Positions 19,053 through 27,688 are shown, counted from the stretch's first letter. The stretch: DNA of 37,698 nt from Acidimicrobiia bacterium (GCA_041576165.1 JBFGLM010000044.1:1-37698); one strand, 5' to 3'. The notes: generated by a model not told the origin, from the letters alone. Numbers and translations are program-made.

Positions 19053-20984
19053 TCAATCCCCGAATATCTGCGTCACCGGTGTGAAGTTGTTCGGTGTGCC
19101 GGCGAATGCCCGAATCGCCACCAGCGGCCGCTCGGCGTGTTCGGTCACGAGCTCACCGATGGTGCGGGCAAAATCTGCGCCGCCAGGCGCAGCGACGACG
19201 ATCAGGTCTCGGCGCCGGAAGTCGCCGGCGGATACCAGCAAGAACGGGCCGCCGGGTGCGAACTCATTCGGATCCCGGCAGGCCAGGCCGATCTTCCAAC
19301 CGCCACTTCGGGCCAGATGCAGCCCCAGGCGCCGGGCCACCGCAATCTCGACGGGCGATGCGCCGGCCACGTCAATGATGACAACACGATCGACGTCCAT
19401 GTGGGGCAAGTGGCCCACTGCGACCGGGGCCGGTACCCGCGCTGCGATCTCGTCGACCAGTGAGCCCAAAACCGCCCGCCGCACCGACGATGCCTCGGTC
19501 CATCCGACGACGACGAGTGAGGCGTCGCTTTCCATGACGGTGTTGCTTATGCCCGCCACCACCGAGACGTCGACCCGGATGGTGCCGGTCACCTCGGCTC
19601 CGCGCCGGCGTGCGATCTTCTCCACCTCAGCCCGCAGCCGCGCGCCATCGGCCATCGACGCCGGGTCTGGCTCGGTCACTACGTGTAACGGGATAACTGT
19701 TCCGCGGTCGACCCGGGCGGCCGTCAGCGCCAGATCAACCAAGCCGGCCGCAGTGTCGAGGTTGGAGATCGGCACGATGACCCGACGGCCGATCTTGGGC
19801 GTCGCCGCCGGCTCCGTCTCAACCCTCGGCACGGCCCGACCGGCGGTCCAGGACGCCAGCAGCACGGTAACCAGCACCACGATGAGGGCGGCATTGACCG
19901 TTGGCTCGTCGATGATCCCCGCCTCGAAACCGATGACGGCCGCAGCCAGCGTTGCGGCGGCTTGGGCCACCGACAACGAGAACATCACGTTGATACGTGA
20001 ACGGCCGAAGCCGAAGACACGCCCTGTGATCCAGGCGGCTGCATACTTGGCGACGATCGTGACGGCCGAGAAAGCGGCTGCCAGAGCCAAGGTGCGAGCT
20101 TCGCGGACGACGCTGAGGTCGATCAGCATGCCCACCGAGATCAAGAAGATCGGGATCAGCAGCGACGACCCGACGAACTCGATGCGCCGCATCAACAGGC
20201 CTGCGTCGGGGATCAGCCGGTTCATCGCCAGCCCGGCGAAGAAGGCGCCGACAATCGGCTCGGTACCGGCCAGGTCGGCGACAACCGCCACCCCGAGCAG
20301 AGCGCACATCACCCATAGGAACCGCAGGATCCCGTCCTGACCGAGCCCGCGAAAAAACCACAGCGTCAGCCGGGGGATCAGCATGAAGGCCACCACCCCG
20401 AGCACGGCCATGCCAAGAGCCAGCCGAAGCCCGATGGCCGTGGGCGGGTTGTCGGATCGTTCGAGCGCCACGACCACGGCCAGGACCAGCAAGGCGAGCA
20501 CGTCCGTGACGATCGTGGCGCCCAAGGTTGCGGTGACGGCCGGGTCGCGAGTCAGCCCGTGGCGGCGGATCGTCGGATAGGTCACGAGCGTGTGAGATGC
20601 CCACAGCGAGCCGATCAGCACGGCGGCCGCCAGCCTGAAACCAGCGGCCAGGCTGACGGCAATGCCAAGGGTTATGGGTATCACGAACGTGAGAATTCCG
20701 AACACGGCAGTGCGGCGGATGCCTTGCTTGAGGACTTCGAGATCCAGCTCGAGCGCGGCGAGGAACATCAAATAGAGGACGCCAAACCCCCCGAGTTGGG
20801 CGACGAGTCCTGGGAGTTCGAGGAGGCCCAGCACTTGCGGGCCGACGATCAGGCCACCCAGCACCAGGCCCAGGACTCCCGGTAGGCGGAGTCGCTCGGC
20901 CGCAATGGGGAAGGCCAGGGCAACAGTCATCAGAGTGAGGAACACCCAGGCGGGTGAGTCGAAAGGCAGCGAGAACTCCGGCAC
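19053..20984 (-). CDS. Cation:proton antiporter (CPA2/Kef-type) with C-terminal USP-like domain
   Basis: LRLPGVLGLVLGGLIVGP, LMFLAALELD, ASHTL, TIVTD, IVGAFFAGL, IPIFLISVGM. C-terminal RRVIVPISN..VVVGW..LGSLVDEI is USP-like. Confidence 0.88.
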   Translation of the reverse strand: MPEFSLPFDSPAWVFLTLMTVALAFPIAAERLRLPGVLGLVLGGLIVGPQVLGLLELPGLVAQLGGFGVLYLMFLAALELDLEVLKQGIRRTAVFGILTFVIPITLGIAVSLAAGFRLAAAVLIGSLWASHTLVTYPTIRRHGLTRDPAVTATLGATIVTDVLALLVLAVVVALERSDNPPTAIGLRLALGMAVLGVVAFMLIPRLTLWFFRGLGQDGILRFLWVMCALLGVAVVADLAGTEPIVGAFFAGLAMNRLIPDAGLLMRRIEFVGSSLLIPIFLISVGMLIDLSVVREARTLALAAAFSAVTIVAKYAAAWITGRVFGFGRSRINVMFSLSVAQAAATLAAAVIGFEAGIIDEPTVNAALIVVLVTVLLASWTAGRAVPRVETEPAATPKIGRRVIVPISNLDTAAGLVDLALTAARVDRGTVIPLHVVTEPDPASMADGARLRAEVEKIARRRGAEVTGTIRVDVSVVAGISNTVMESDASLVVVGWTEASSVRRAVLGSLVDEIAARVPAPVAVGHLPHMDVDRVVIIDVAGASPVEIAVARRLGLHLARSGGWKIGLACRDPNEFAPGGPFLLVSAGDFRRRDLIVVAAPGGADFARTIGELVTEHAERPLVAIRAFAGTPNNFTPVTQIFGD

Positions 20985-21086
20985 CAGCCCCCGATCCGTT
21001 GTCCGGCAGATTACCCCTGCGCCGCCCGGTCTCAACGCAGCTCACATCTTCCCGGGGCGGCGCCGTGATGGGAGGTTTCGGGTAGG

Positions 21087-21830
21087 TTGCTGCGGGTGCT
21101 GTTCGTGTCGCCTTTCTATATGGGTCACCGGCTCGATGGGCTGGAGGTGCCGGAACCGAGCACGGTGATCGACCCCGCCCTCGAACCTGGTGCGGAAATG
21201 GATCGCATGGCCGCGTTGTACGCCGAACTGGCGTCGGTGGTGGCTGGTGCTCACACTCCCACGGTCTATGCCGGTGACTGCTGCGCCATCCTCGGGTTTG
21301 TCGCCGGGCTCCAGCGCAAGGGGATCGATCCGGTGCTGGTCTTCTATGACGCTCACGGCGACTTCAACACATGGGAAACGACCCCGAGCAACTTCATCGG
21401 CGGCATGCCGCTGGCGATGGCGACCGGCCGGGGGGAGCAGACGATCGCCGAAGCATGCGGCATGCGGACGCTGCCGGATACCGACGCATACCTAGTCGAC
21501 GGACGAGATCTGGATCCGGAGGAGTCCGAGCTGCTGGCAGATTCGGGAGTCCGCCGGTTGCCGGTGGAGTCGATCGTTGATGAGGTGCCGCCCGACCGAC
21601 CGCTGTATGTCCACGTGGATGTCGATGTCGTGGATCCGGACGAGCTGCCGGCTGTCAACTATCCGGCGCCGGGCGGGCCGTCGGCTGCGGCGGTGGGCGA
21701 GTCGCTGTCAGGTCTGGCCGCCACCGGCCTGGTGGTCGGCTACTCGGTCTCGACTTGGAACCCCGCACTCCCGGGCGCGGCCACCGCGGCTGCAGTCACC
21801 AACCGGCTGTCGGCTCCCTTCGTGCGCTGA
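21087..21830 (+). CDS. Arginase/ureohydrolase family protein
   Basis: AGDCC, YDAHGDFNT, GGMPL, GRDLDPEE and YVHVDVDVVD metal-binding motifs. True start may be GTG 21096 (TAGGTT box 7 nt upstream). Confidence 0.85.
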   Translation: MLRVLFVSPFYMGHRLDGLEVPEPSTVIDPALEPGAEMDRMAALYAELASVVAGAHTPTVYAGDCCAILGFVAGLQRKGIDPVLVFYDAHGDFNTWETTPSNFIGGMPLAMATGRGEQTIAEACGMRTLPDTDAYLVDGRDLDPEESELLADSGVRRLPVESIVDEVPPDRPLYVHVDVDVVDPDELPAVNYPAPGGPSAAAVGESLSGLAATGLVVGYSVSTWNPALPGAATAAAVTNRLSAPFVR

Positions 21831-21950
21831 TCTTCGCGCCGTCCCGGTGGCTGACGCTCTGACTGGAGCCGGCGAGGGCGATTCGGCGCGAATTCCGGCG
21901 TTCTGGGGGTTAGTCTCGGCGGCGTTGACCTCAGAGAGCGGTTGTAAGAC

Positions 21951-23201
21951 ATGCCACAGTGGCAACCAATGGCAACACGGCTGGCCGCTGCGACATTTGT
22001 CGTGGCCGCGATGGCCGGGGCGGTGATCGAGGTTCGCGACGTGGCCCGGGCCGACGGACCGCTGCTGCTCAACGACAGTCACGCTCCCGCCGCCACGCGT
22101 GCCACCACCGTTTCCCGACCGCCTCGCGCCCCCCGCCCGGTCACGCCGACGCCGTCGTCAACCGGGTTGGTCGCATATCTGGGAGCGCTGGAAGGGATGG
22201 CGACCGGAGCACAGATCATCTTTCTCGACCGGCTTGAAATGGTGCAGGGGGAGCCCGCCCAGGTGCGGGCCTTCCTGACATTCGACGCCGAAGCGGCACC
22301 GCCCGACCCGGGAGCCGCCGGACAAGAAGGCGAATTCACGTCCGGGCACCGCATCCGCGCCCGACTGGTCGAGGACTGTGAAGCCGAGTGCAGCTTGCGG
22401 ATCAGCTCCCCGGATTGGGTCGAGCGCCGGCTCGACGTCGTCGAACCGGTGGAGTCCGAACCGGCCGAAGGCATCCTCGAGTGGACGTGGGAGGTGGTGC
22501 CGCTCGAGTCTGGCAGGTTCGCTCTCACGCTCGACATCGAGAGCGTGGCGTTCGTCGACGCCTCCAGCGAGAGCCTGCAGAGCGCCACGCCGGTGACATT
22601 CGAGCGGACGGCAACCGTCACCGTCGACACCAACCCGGGCATCGAGATGCTGGGCCTGCACACCGACCTCGGTCGTTACACGGTTTTGATCGACTCGGCC
22701 GACATCCAGAACCCCTTCACGAGCGAGGTGGGAGAGTCGTTCGAGGTCACAGCGAGCCGGAGCGAGCTGGCCGCCCCGCCCCGCTCGTTTCAGGCATCCG
22801 TGGAGCTGGTGGCCGGTGACGACTCGGTGGTCCAGGTGCAGCGGGCGGGACCGCGGCGGGGTGAGGTCGAGGACGGTGCCCGGGCGTGGTCGTGGGTGGT
22901 GAGAGGCTTGCAGTCCGGATCTACCGACCTCGTCCTGTTGGTTGACGCGACGCTGGACGTGGCCGGCGAGGTCGTGCAGGCGCATGATGAGTTGGCCGTC
23001 GAGCTGGAGGTGATCGGCCGACCGGCTGCGGCCGTGCTCGAGGAAGGTTTTGAGGCGGCGAACTGGCTTCTGGCGGCGGCGGTGGGAGCGGCGACAATCG
23101 TCGCCGGGTACATGGCCGTGCGGTCGATTCGTCAGCGGCGGACCCGTCCGTGGCGGATGGTGCCCGCAGCCGGATCGGACGAAGAGAAGCCGGACGAATG
23201 A
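21951..23201 (+). CDS. Exported, C-terminally membrane-anchored protein with two internal beta-sandwich-like repeats
   Basis: N-terminal hydrophobic signal, P/T/S-rich linker, repeated motif WTWEVVPLESGRFALTL / WSWVVRGLQSGSTDLVL, C-terminal TM followed by basic residues. Confidence 0.7.
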   Translation: MPQWQPMATRLAAATFVVAAMAGAVIEVRDVARADGPLLLNDSHAPAATRATTVSRPPRAPRPVTPTPSSTGLVAYLGALEGMATGAQIIFLDRLEMVQGEPAQVRAFLTFDAEAAPPDPGAAGQEGEFTSGHRIRARLVEDCEAECSLRISSPDWVERRLDVVEPVESEPAEGILEWTWEVVPLESGRFALTLDIESVAFVDASSESLQSATPVTFERTATVTVDTNPGIEMLGLHTDLGRYTVLIDSADIQNPFTSEVGESFEVTASRSELAAPPRSFQASVELVAGDDSVVQVQRAGPRRGEVEDGARAWSWVVRGLQSGSTDLVLLVDATLDVAGEVVQAHDELAVELEVIGRPAAAVLEEGFEAANWLLAAAVGAATIVAGYMAVRSIRQRRTRPWRMVPAAGSDEEKPDE

Positions 23202-24496
23202 TGGTGTCCGTGCGCCCGGATGTTCGGTCTGCGGCCAGGCTGGTGCCCCTCCTGTACGGTGTCGGTCTGGCGTACGCGGCGGTGGGGCAGGGGGCGCAGT
23301 TCGCTCGGGCGTTCGTCGTGTTCCTGCTGCTGAATCTGGCGGTCCTCGTGTGGTTGGGTCGGCGCCGGCCAGCAATCCGGGACCTAGGCGTGGCGGCGGC
23401 GCCGCTGGTCTTGATCTCGGTGCTGCAACTGGCGCTTTGGGGCGTCTCCACGGGGCCTGCGCGCCTACTGGCGCTGATCACCGTGGGTTGCGTGGGCTGG
23501 CTGGTTGGCCGCTCGGACCAAAGCCGGGGAGTGCTGTGGGGGGTGCGGGCGGTGGGGGCCGGCGTGGCCGTGCTGGCGCTGCTCGGTTTGTTCACCCACA
23601 CCTTTCCGATGGCAGTTGAGCGGTCGGACATCTGGCGGGCGGCCGGATCGCTCACCTACCCCAATGTGACTGCGACCGTGGTCGGGGTCGGGGCAATGGT
23701 CGGGCTGTCGTTTCTGCAGGAGCGGGACACAGGGTGGGGCCGGGCGGTGGTGTTCATTCAAATTGCGGCGCTGGTGGCGACGTTGAGCCGGGGCGGCATC
23801 CTGGCGTTTGGATTGGTCTCGGTAGTGCTGGCGATGCGGTCGCAGTGGGTCCGGCGGGTGGCGTGCGAGCTGGCGCCTTGGCTGTTGATTGCGACGGGTG
23901 GCGTGATCCTGGCGGTGGGGGATGGCCTGCTGTCCGGGGCCGGCGCGGCGGCGGTTGTGATGGCGGCCGTGGTCGGGTACGCGCGCGGCGTGCGGTTCGT
24001 GCCTTGGGCGTGGGCACTCGTCGGAGGGCTGGCGGCCCTGGTGCTCGCCTGGTTGCCGGGAGGACTGGCTTCCCGGCTTTCTCTGACCGACGGGAGCCGG
24101 CTCACCCTGTGGCGGCGGGCCATCGGTGCTTGGGGAGAGCACCCGCTGTTCGGAATGGGCCTGGGCCGTCTCGACCTCGGCAACGGGCCGCCGTCATATG
24201 CCCACAACGAATACGTGCAATGGCTGGCCGAAACGGGCTTGGCGGGGCTGGTCGCGCTGGCGGCCAGCGCAATTCTGCTCATCCGGCTGGTGGCGGCGGG
24301 TCAACCCGCATCCGGCCGCCCGCTGCTGGTGGCGGCGATCGGAGCAATCGCCTTGCAGGCGTCAGTCGACTTCGTGCTCCATGTCCCGTTGGTGGTAGCC
24401 CTGCTGGGGCTGTTGCTGGGCGCCTCGAGCCGGCGGCCCGCCGACGCACCGATGGTCATCCCGGATCGGGTGGGAACTGCTCGGCGATCTCGGTGA
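23198..24496 (+). CDS. O-antigen ligase (WaaL/Wzy_C) family membrane protein
   Basis: RAAGSLTYPN, TLSRGG, RLTLWRRAI...HPLFGMGLG, AHNEYVQWLAETGLAG, VDFVLH. ATGA overlap with the upstream gene. Confidence 0.87.
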   Translation: MMVSVRPDVRSAARLVPLLYGVGLAYAAVGQGAQFARAFVVFLLLNLAVLVWLGRRRPAIRDLGVAAAPLVLISVLQLALWGVSTGPARLLALITVGCVGWLVGRSDQSRGVLWGVRAVGAGVAVLALLGLFTHTFPMAVERSDIWRAAGSLTYPNVTATVVGVGAMVGLSFLQERDTGWGRAVVFIQIAALVATLSRGGILAFGLVSVVLAMRSQWVRRVACELAPWLLIATGGVILAVGDGLLSGAGAAAVVMAAVVGYARGVRFVPWAWALVGGLAALVLAWLPGGLASRLSLTDGSRLTLWRRAIGAWGEHPLFGMGLGRLDLGNGPPSYAHNEYVQWLAETGLAGLVALAASAILLIRLVAAGQPASGRPLLVAAIGAIALQASVDFVLHVPLVVALLGLLLGASSRRPADAPMVIPDRVGTARRSR

Positions 24497-25619
24497 TGAG
24501 GTCCAACCAGCCGATCCCCCCCTGCGACGTGCCGGTCCGCACTATGACCAGGTTCTGCGTCGGATCGACGAACAGGTACTGGCCGTCCTTGCCGATCCCC
24601 GCCACCGCTGTGTCGGTCAGCCACCATTGGTAGCCGTAATTGACCAGCGCGCTTTCCTGGTAGTCGGCGGGCCATTCCGTTGCGGCGTAGGCCGCAGTGA
24701 ACGACGCGTCCAGCCACGTGGCGGGCAGCAGGCTTTCGCCGTCGACCTCTCCGCGGTCGAGGATCAGCTGACCTAATCGGGCCAGGTCTCGAGCGGTCAG
24801 AGCCAGACAGCACCACGTGCGTTCGAGGCCGCCGCTGTCGTCGGTGCTCCATATGCCGGGATCCTCCGCTCCCAGCGGGTCTAGCAGCCGGCGCTGCAGA
24901 TAGGCGGTGACTGATTCGGGAGCCAGGACCCGATGGAGGATGAGCCCGAGGATGGCGTTGTCGCCCGACTTGTAGGTGAACTGCTCGTGCGGCTCGTCGC
25001 GAACGGCCAGACCGAGGATGTCCGCCTCGAGGTCGGCCGTGTAGTTGAACTCGACGTGCATGCCGAAGGGGTTGTCGTCTTCGACGTAGGTGGAGTTGGA
25101 GCGCATCTGGAGGAGGTCGGCAATAGTCACGATGCCGAATCCGCCGGATGCCAGCTCGGGCACGTAGTCGGTCACCGGGTCGTCGACCGACCCGATGAGA
25201 CCGTCGTCTACGGCGGCGCCCACCAGCAGCGACGTGATCGACTTCGTCACGGAGAACAGCATCGACGGCTGGGCCTCGCCGTGGTCGGGGGCATACCACT
25301 CGTAGACGACCGACCCTTCATGCACGACGACCATCGCCAGGCTGTCGTGCTCGGCCAGCACGCTTCCGACCGGCTGAGCCTCGCCGGAGAGTGTGACGGT
25401 CGGGTCAGTGCCGGGCGTTGTCGTCCACGGCCGGGCCTGCGGCGCCGGCATGGTCGTTCGGCCTGGGTACTCGAGGTGGTCCCACACGGTGGTGGTGCCG
25501 TGGGTCAGAACTCGCCACATGGCTTCTGGCCCGATCGCGACCGCCCAAGCGGCCAGTGCAAGCAGGAACAAGGTGACGACCAGAAGCAGGCCGACGGTGA
25601 TGCGGCGTGCCCAGCTCAT
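24456..25619 (-). CDS. Serine hydrolase, beta-lactamase class C/AmpC-like (6-aminohexanoate-dimer hydrolase-like)
   Basis: SxxK motif FSVTKS, DDPVTDYVPEL, TIADLLQM, FTYKS, ARDLARLG, YGYQWW, GKDGQY; N-terminal TM/signal. Confidence 0.88.
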   Translation of the reverse strand: MSWARRITVGLLLVVTLFLLALAAWAVAIGPEAMWRVLTHGTTTVWDHLEYPGRTTMPAPQARPWTTTPGTDPTVTLSGEAQPVGSVLAEHDSLAMVVVHEGSVVYEWYAPDHGEAQPSMLFSVTKSITSLLVGAAVDDGLIGSVDDPVTDYVPELASGGFGIVTIADLLQMRSNSTYVEDDNPFGMHVEFNYTADLEADILGLAVRDEPHEQFTYKSGDNAILGLILHRVLAPESVTAYLQRRLLDPLGAEDPGIWSTDDSGGLERTWCCLALTARDLARLGQLILDRGEVDGESLLPATWLDASFTAAYAATEWPADYQESALVNYGYQWWLTDTAVAGIGKDGQYLFVDPTQNLVIVRTGTSQGGIGWLDLITEIAEQFPPDPG

Positions 25620-25678
25620 CGGCGGAACATAGGCGCGAGCAAGGCCCTGGGCACAACCGCAACGCCAGCGCCCGACAC

Positions 25679-26107
25679 TCAGCCGGAGACTTCTGGATCC
25701 GGCTCGGTGGTGCGTTCGTACGCTTCGACCCGGGCCGAGAATGCGTCGAGCTCGCCCGCCGTCGGCTGGTGGGACATCACTTCGACGCCCGCGAGGAGGT
25801 CCGCATATTTCTCGGCCTGCTCGGCCTGAACGACCACCCTGATGGGTATACCCTCCTTCACCACCTCCTGGTAGCGCCGCAGGATGGCGCGGTGTTGGGG
25901 TCGGTCGAGGTCCAGCTCGAACACGATTCCGTGGGCCTCATCCACCATCGGGCAGTGGCCCAGCGGCTGGAGGATCGGACACAGCTCTTTGTGCTGGGGC
26001 CCATGGCATACGAGCACTTCGTGCCCCATCCGCTCCAGCAGGTCCTCGTCGAACTCGCCCACGCCTTCCGGCACGTCGAGGAGGATCACACTTCTGACAG
26101 GTTGCAA
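25679..26107 (-). CDS. Hypothetical protein with Cys/His motif, receiver-like alpha/beta pattern
   Basis: AGGAGG SD then TTG at 26107; VILLD...LERMGHEVLVCHGP....LCP......CP. Confidence 0.7.
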   Translation of the reverse strand: MQPVRSVILLDVPEGVGEFDEDLLERMGHEVLVCHGPQHKELCPILQPLGHCPMVDEAHGIVFELDLDRPQHRAILRRYQEVVKEGIPIRVVVQAEQAEKYADLLAGVEVMSHQPTAGELDAFSARVEAYERTTEPDPEVSG

Positions 26108-26250
26108 ACTGGCCTCCTGACAGTTCTGTTCGTCTGGCCCAAAGTGTGGGATGCGAGTTGGGGCCGCGAAAGAGGCGTTCGGCACATTCTGGCGGGCCTG
26201 CCGACGTGATCAGACCGGTTGCCGGAGTCGGTTCCGCGTCCCAACTGCGG

Positions 26251-26536
26251 TCATTCTCGGCCGCGAAGGCGGAGCCGAATTGTCACGCGATCCCCGACGT
26301 CCACCCGGGCCGAGGAGCGGGCCTTGGCATTGAGCGGAATGAATGGGTGCCGTCCCCTTGGGGAGGAGCGACGTGTCCCAGCTGCAGTCGTCGAGGGTTG
26401 CCCGGTTGGCAACGAGCCCCCGGTCGGCGAAGTCCGCCAGCTCGTCGGAGATCGCAGCGCCAACGGCGACGTAGTGCCAGCCGTTCTGGTGCAGGAAGAG
26501 CTCGACATCCCCGGTTGTCACACACTCACGCGTCAT
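26251..26536 (-). pseudogene. DUF1905-family gene with two adjacent frameshifts
   Basis: GWHYVAV..SWDTSLLPK, then GDGTH, then FIPLNAKARSSARVDVGDRVTIRLRL are read in three different frames around 26335-26360. Confidence 0.72.
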
Positions 26537-26575
26537 GGTCTCCCAGGCTGGCTTCGACGTCTGTGTTCCATCACC

Positions 26576-26597
26576 GATATAGGTATGATATAGGTAT
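26576..26597 (+). promoter_or_regulatory. Tandem 11-bp direct repeat (GATATAGGTAT x2) overlapping the -10 box and start of the TA operon
   Basis: Repeats at 26576-26586 and 26587-26597; TATGAT at 26584-26589; ATG at 26596. Confidence 0.65.
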
Positions 26598-26850
26598 GCC
26601 CATGAGACCGACGTTGGTGCATTTGCCGCCCGAGCTGATCGAGCAGCTCGACAAACGAGCGACCCGCGAGGGGGCCTCACGGTCCCAGGTGATCCGTGAT
26701 GCGGTGTCGGAGTATCTGGGAGCGGATTCAAACCTGGCCGAGCGAGTGGCCGCCGCGTACGAGGCGTATCCGCTCGGGACTTCGGACGAGTGGGGCGATC
26801 TGGAGTCGTTCCTTGACGCGGTACGGACTGCGCGGGCCCGAAACCAGTGA
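26596..26850 (+). CDS. Ribbon-helix-helix antitoxin (MazE-type partner)
   Basis: TLVHLPPELIEQLDKRATREGASRSQVIRDAVSEYL RHH pattern, acidic C-terminus (DEWGDLESF), GTGA overlap with the toxin gene. Confidence 0.85.
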   Translation: MPMRPTLVHLPPELIEQLDKRATREGASRSQVIRDAVSEYLGADSNLAERVAAAYEAYPLGTSDEWGDLESFLDAVRTARARNQ

Positions 26851-27155
26851 ACTGGGGCGAGGTCTGGTGGGTCGAGACCGCGCACGCCGGCCGCCGTCCC
26901 GGTGTGATCCTGACCCGACCCGAAACGATTCTCCGACTCCCGGTAGTGTTGATGGCGTTTGCGACCACCACCATTCGCAGCCTCGACACGGAGGTCCGGC
27001 TGGACGAGACCGACGGCATGCCTCGCAGCTGCGCCCTCAACCTCGACACGCCTGAGCTGGTACCGAGGTCGATGTTGGTCGAGCGCCTCGGACGTCTGCC
27101 ATCCGGCCGTATGCATGAGGTGTGTCGTGCCCTTGCCGCGTCGGTCAACTGCTGA
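26847..27155 (+). CDS. mazF: MazF/PemK family mRNA interferase toxin
   Basis: GEVWWVE..GRRPGVILTR..TTTIRSLDTEVRL..DGMPRSCALNLD..LVERLGRL. Confidence 0.88.
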   Translation: MNWGEVWWVETAHAGRRPGVILTRPETILRLPVVLMAFATTTIRSLDTEVRLDETDGMPRSCALNLDTPELVPRSMLVERLGRLPSGRMHEVCRALAASVNC

Positions 27156-27186
27156 GCGGGTGGGTTGAAGCCAGGAGGGTGATCAC

Positions 27187-27428
27187 TCAAACGTCGAGCG
27201 CCAGCCGGATGCCGTCGTTGACCCGGGCGAGCGTGGCGGCGTTCAGTGCGCCGGCCCGCTCCTCGAGCACCCGGGGCAACCGCTAGCCGCACGTCCGACG
27301 TGATCACGGTTGCGATTCGGCGCTAGTTGAAGCGATCAGACTGGACGACCACGATCGGTCGTCGCCCCCGGTGGCGCCGCGCCTTCCGGCACACCCAGCG
27401 ACGCCCACCAGACGTCGCCCCTCCTCAC
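27187..27428 (-). pseudogene. Degraded second MazF/PemK toxin gene
   Basis: Manual translation: MRRGDVWWASLGVPEGAAP, frameshift, RRPIVVVQSDRFN*RRIATVITSDVRLAVAPG, apparent deletion and frameshift, LEERAGALNAATLARVNDGIRLALDV*. Confidence 0.78.
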
Positions 27429-27662
27429 GTTCCGGTGGGCTGGAGGATGGTGTGTCGGGGTTGGCGAAAGTCGCGGTGGATCGTCGATCCTCGTCGCTGT
27501 CCTGTTTGGCCGGATTCCGTTCCTACTCGGGCTATCGATCGCGGGCATCACCGCTCCGCTCGCACCCTCGAGCGTCGAGACCTACCGCCGTCGACTTCAT
27601 CAATTCCCTCATCGGCGTTTGGCTAATACGCCGGATCTTCTAGCGGCTGAACGCACCGCAAT

Positions 27663-27688
27663 GTATCCGCTCGGGTGCAAGCGGATAC
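27663..27688 (-). terminator. Hairpin downstream of nrdJ (putative terminator)
   Basis: GTATCCGCT-N8-AGCGGATAC perfect 9-bp inverted repeat; second hairpin GAGTGT-N6-ACACTC at 27726-27743. No strong U-tract. Confidence 0.45.

Noticed and set aside
24456-25619. Antibiotic-resistance beta-lactamase
   Set aside because: The SxxK fold is shared by many esterases and amidases; motifs fit the generic serine hydrolase group, so resistance cannot be claimed.
26210-27307. 365-aa minus-strand ORF across the TA locus
   Set aside because: Chance fusion of a mazF-relic fragment, antisense TA sequence and the DUF1905 N-terminus.
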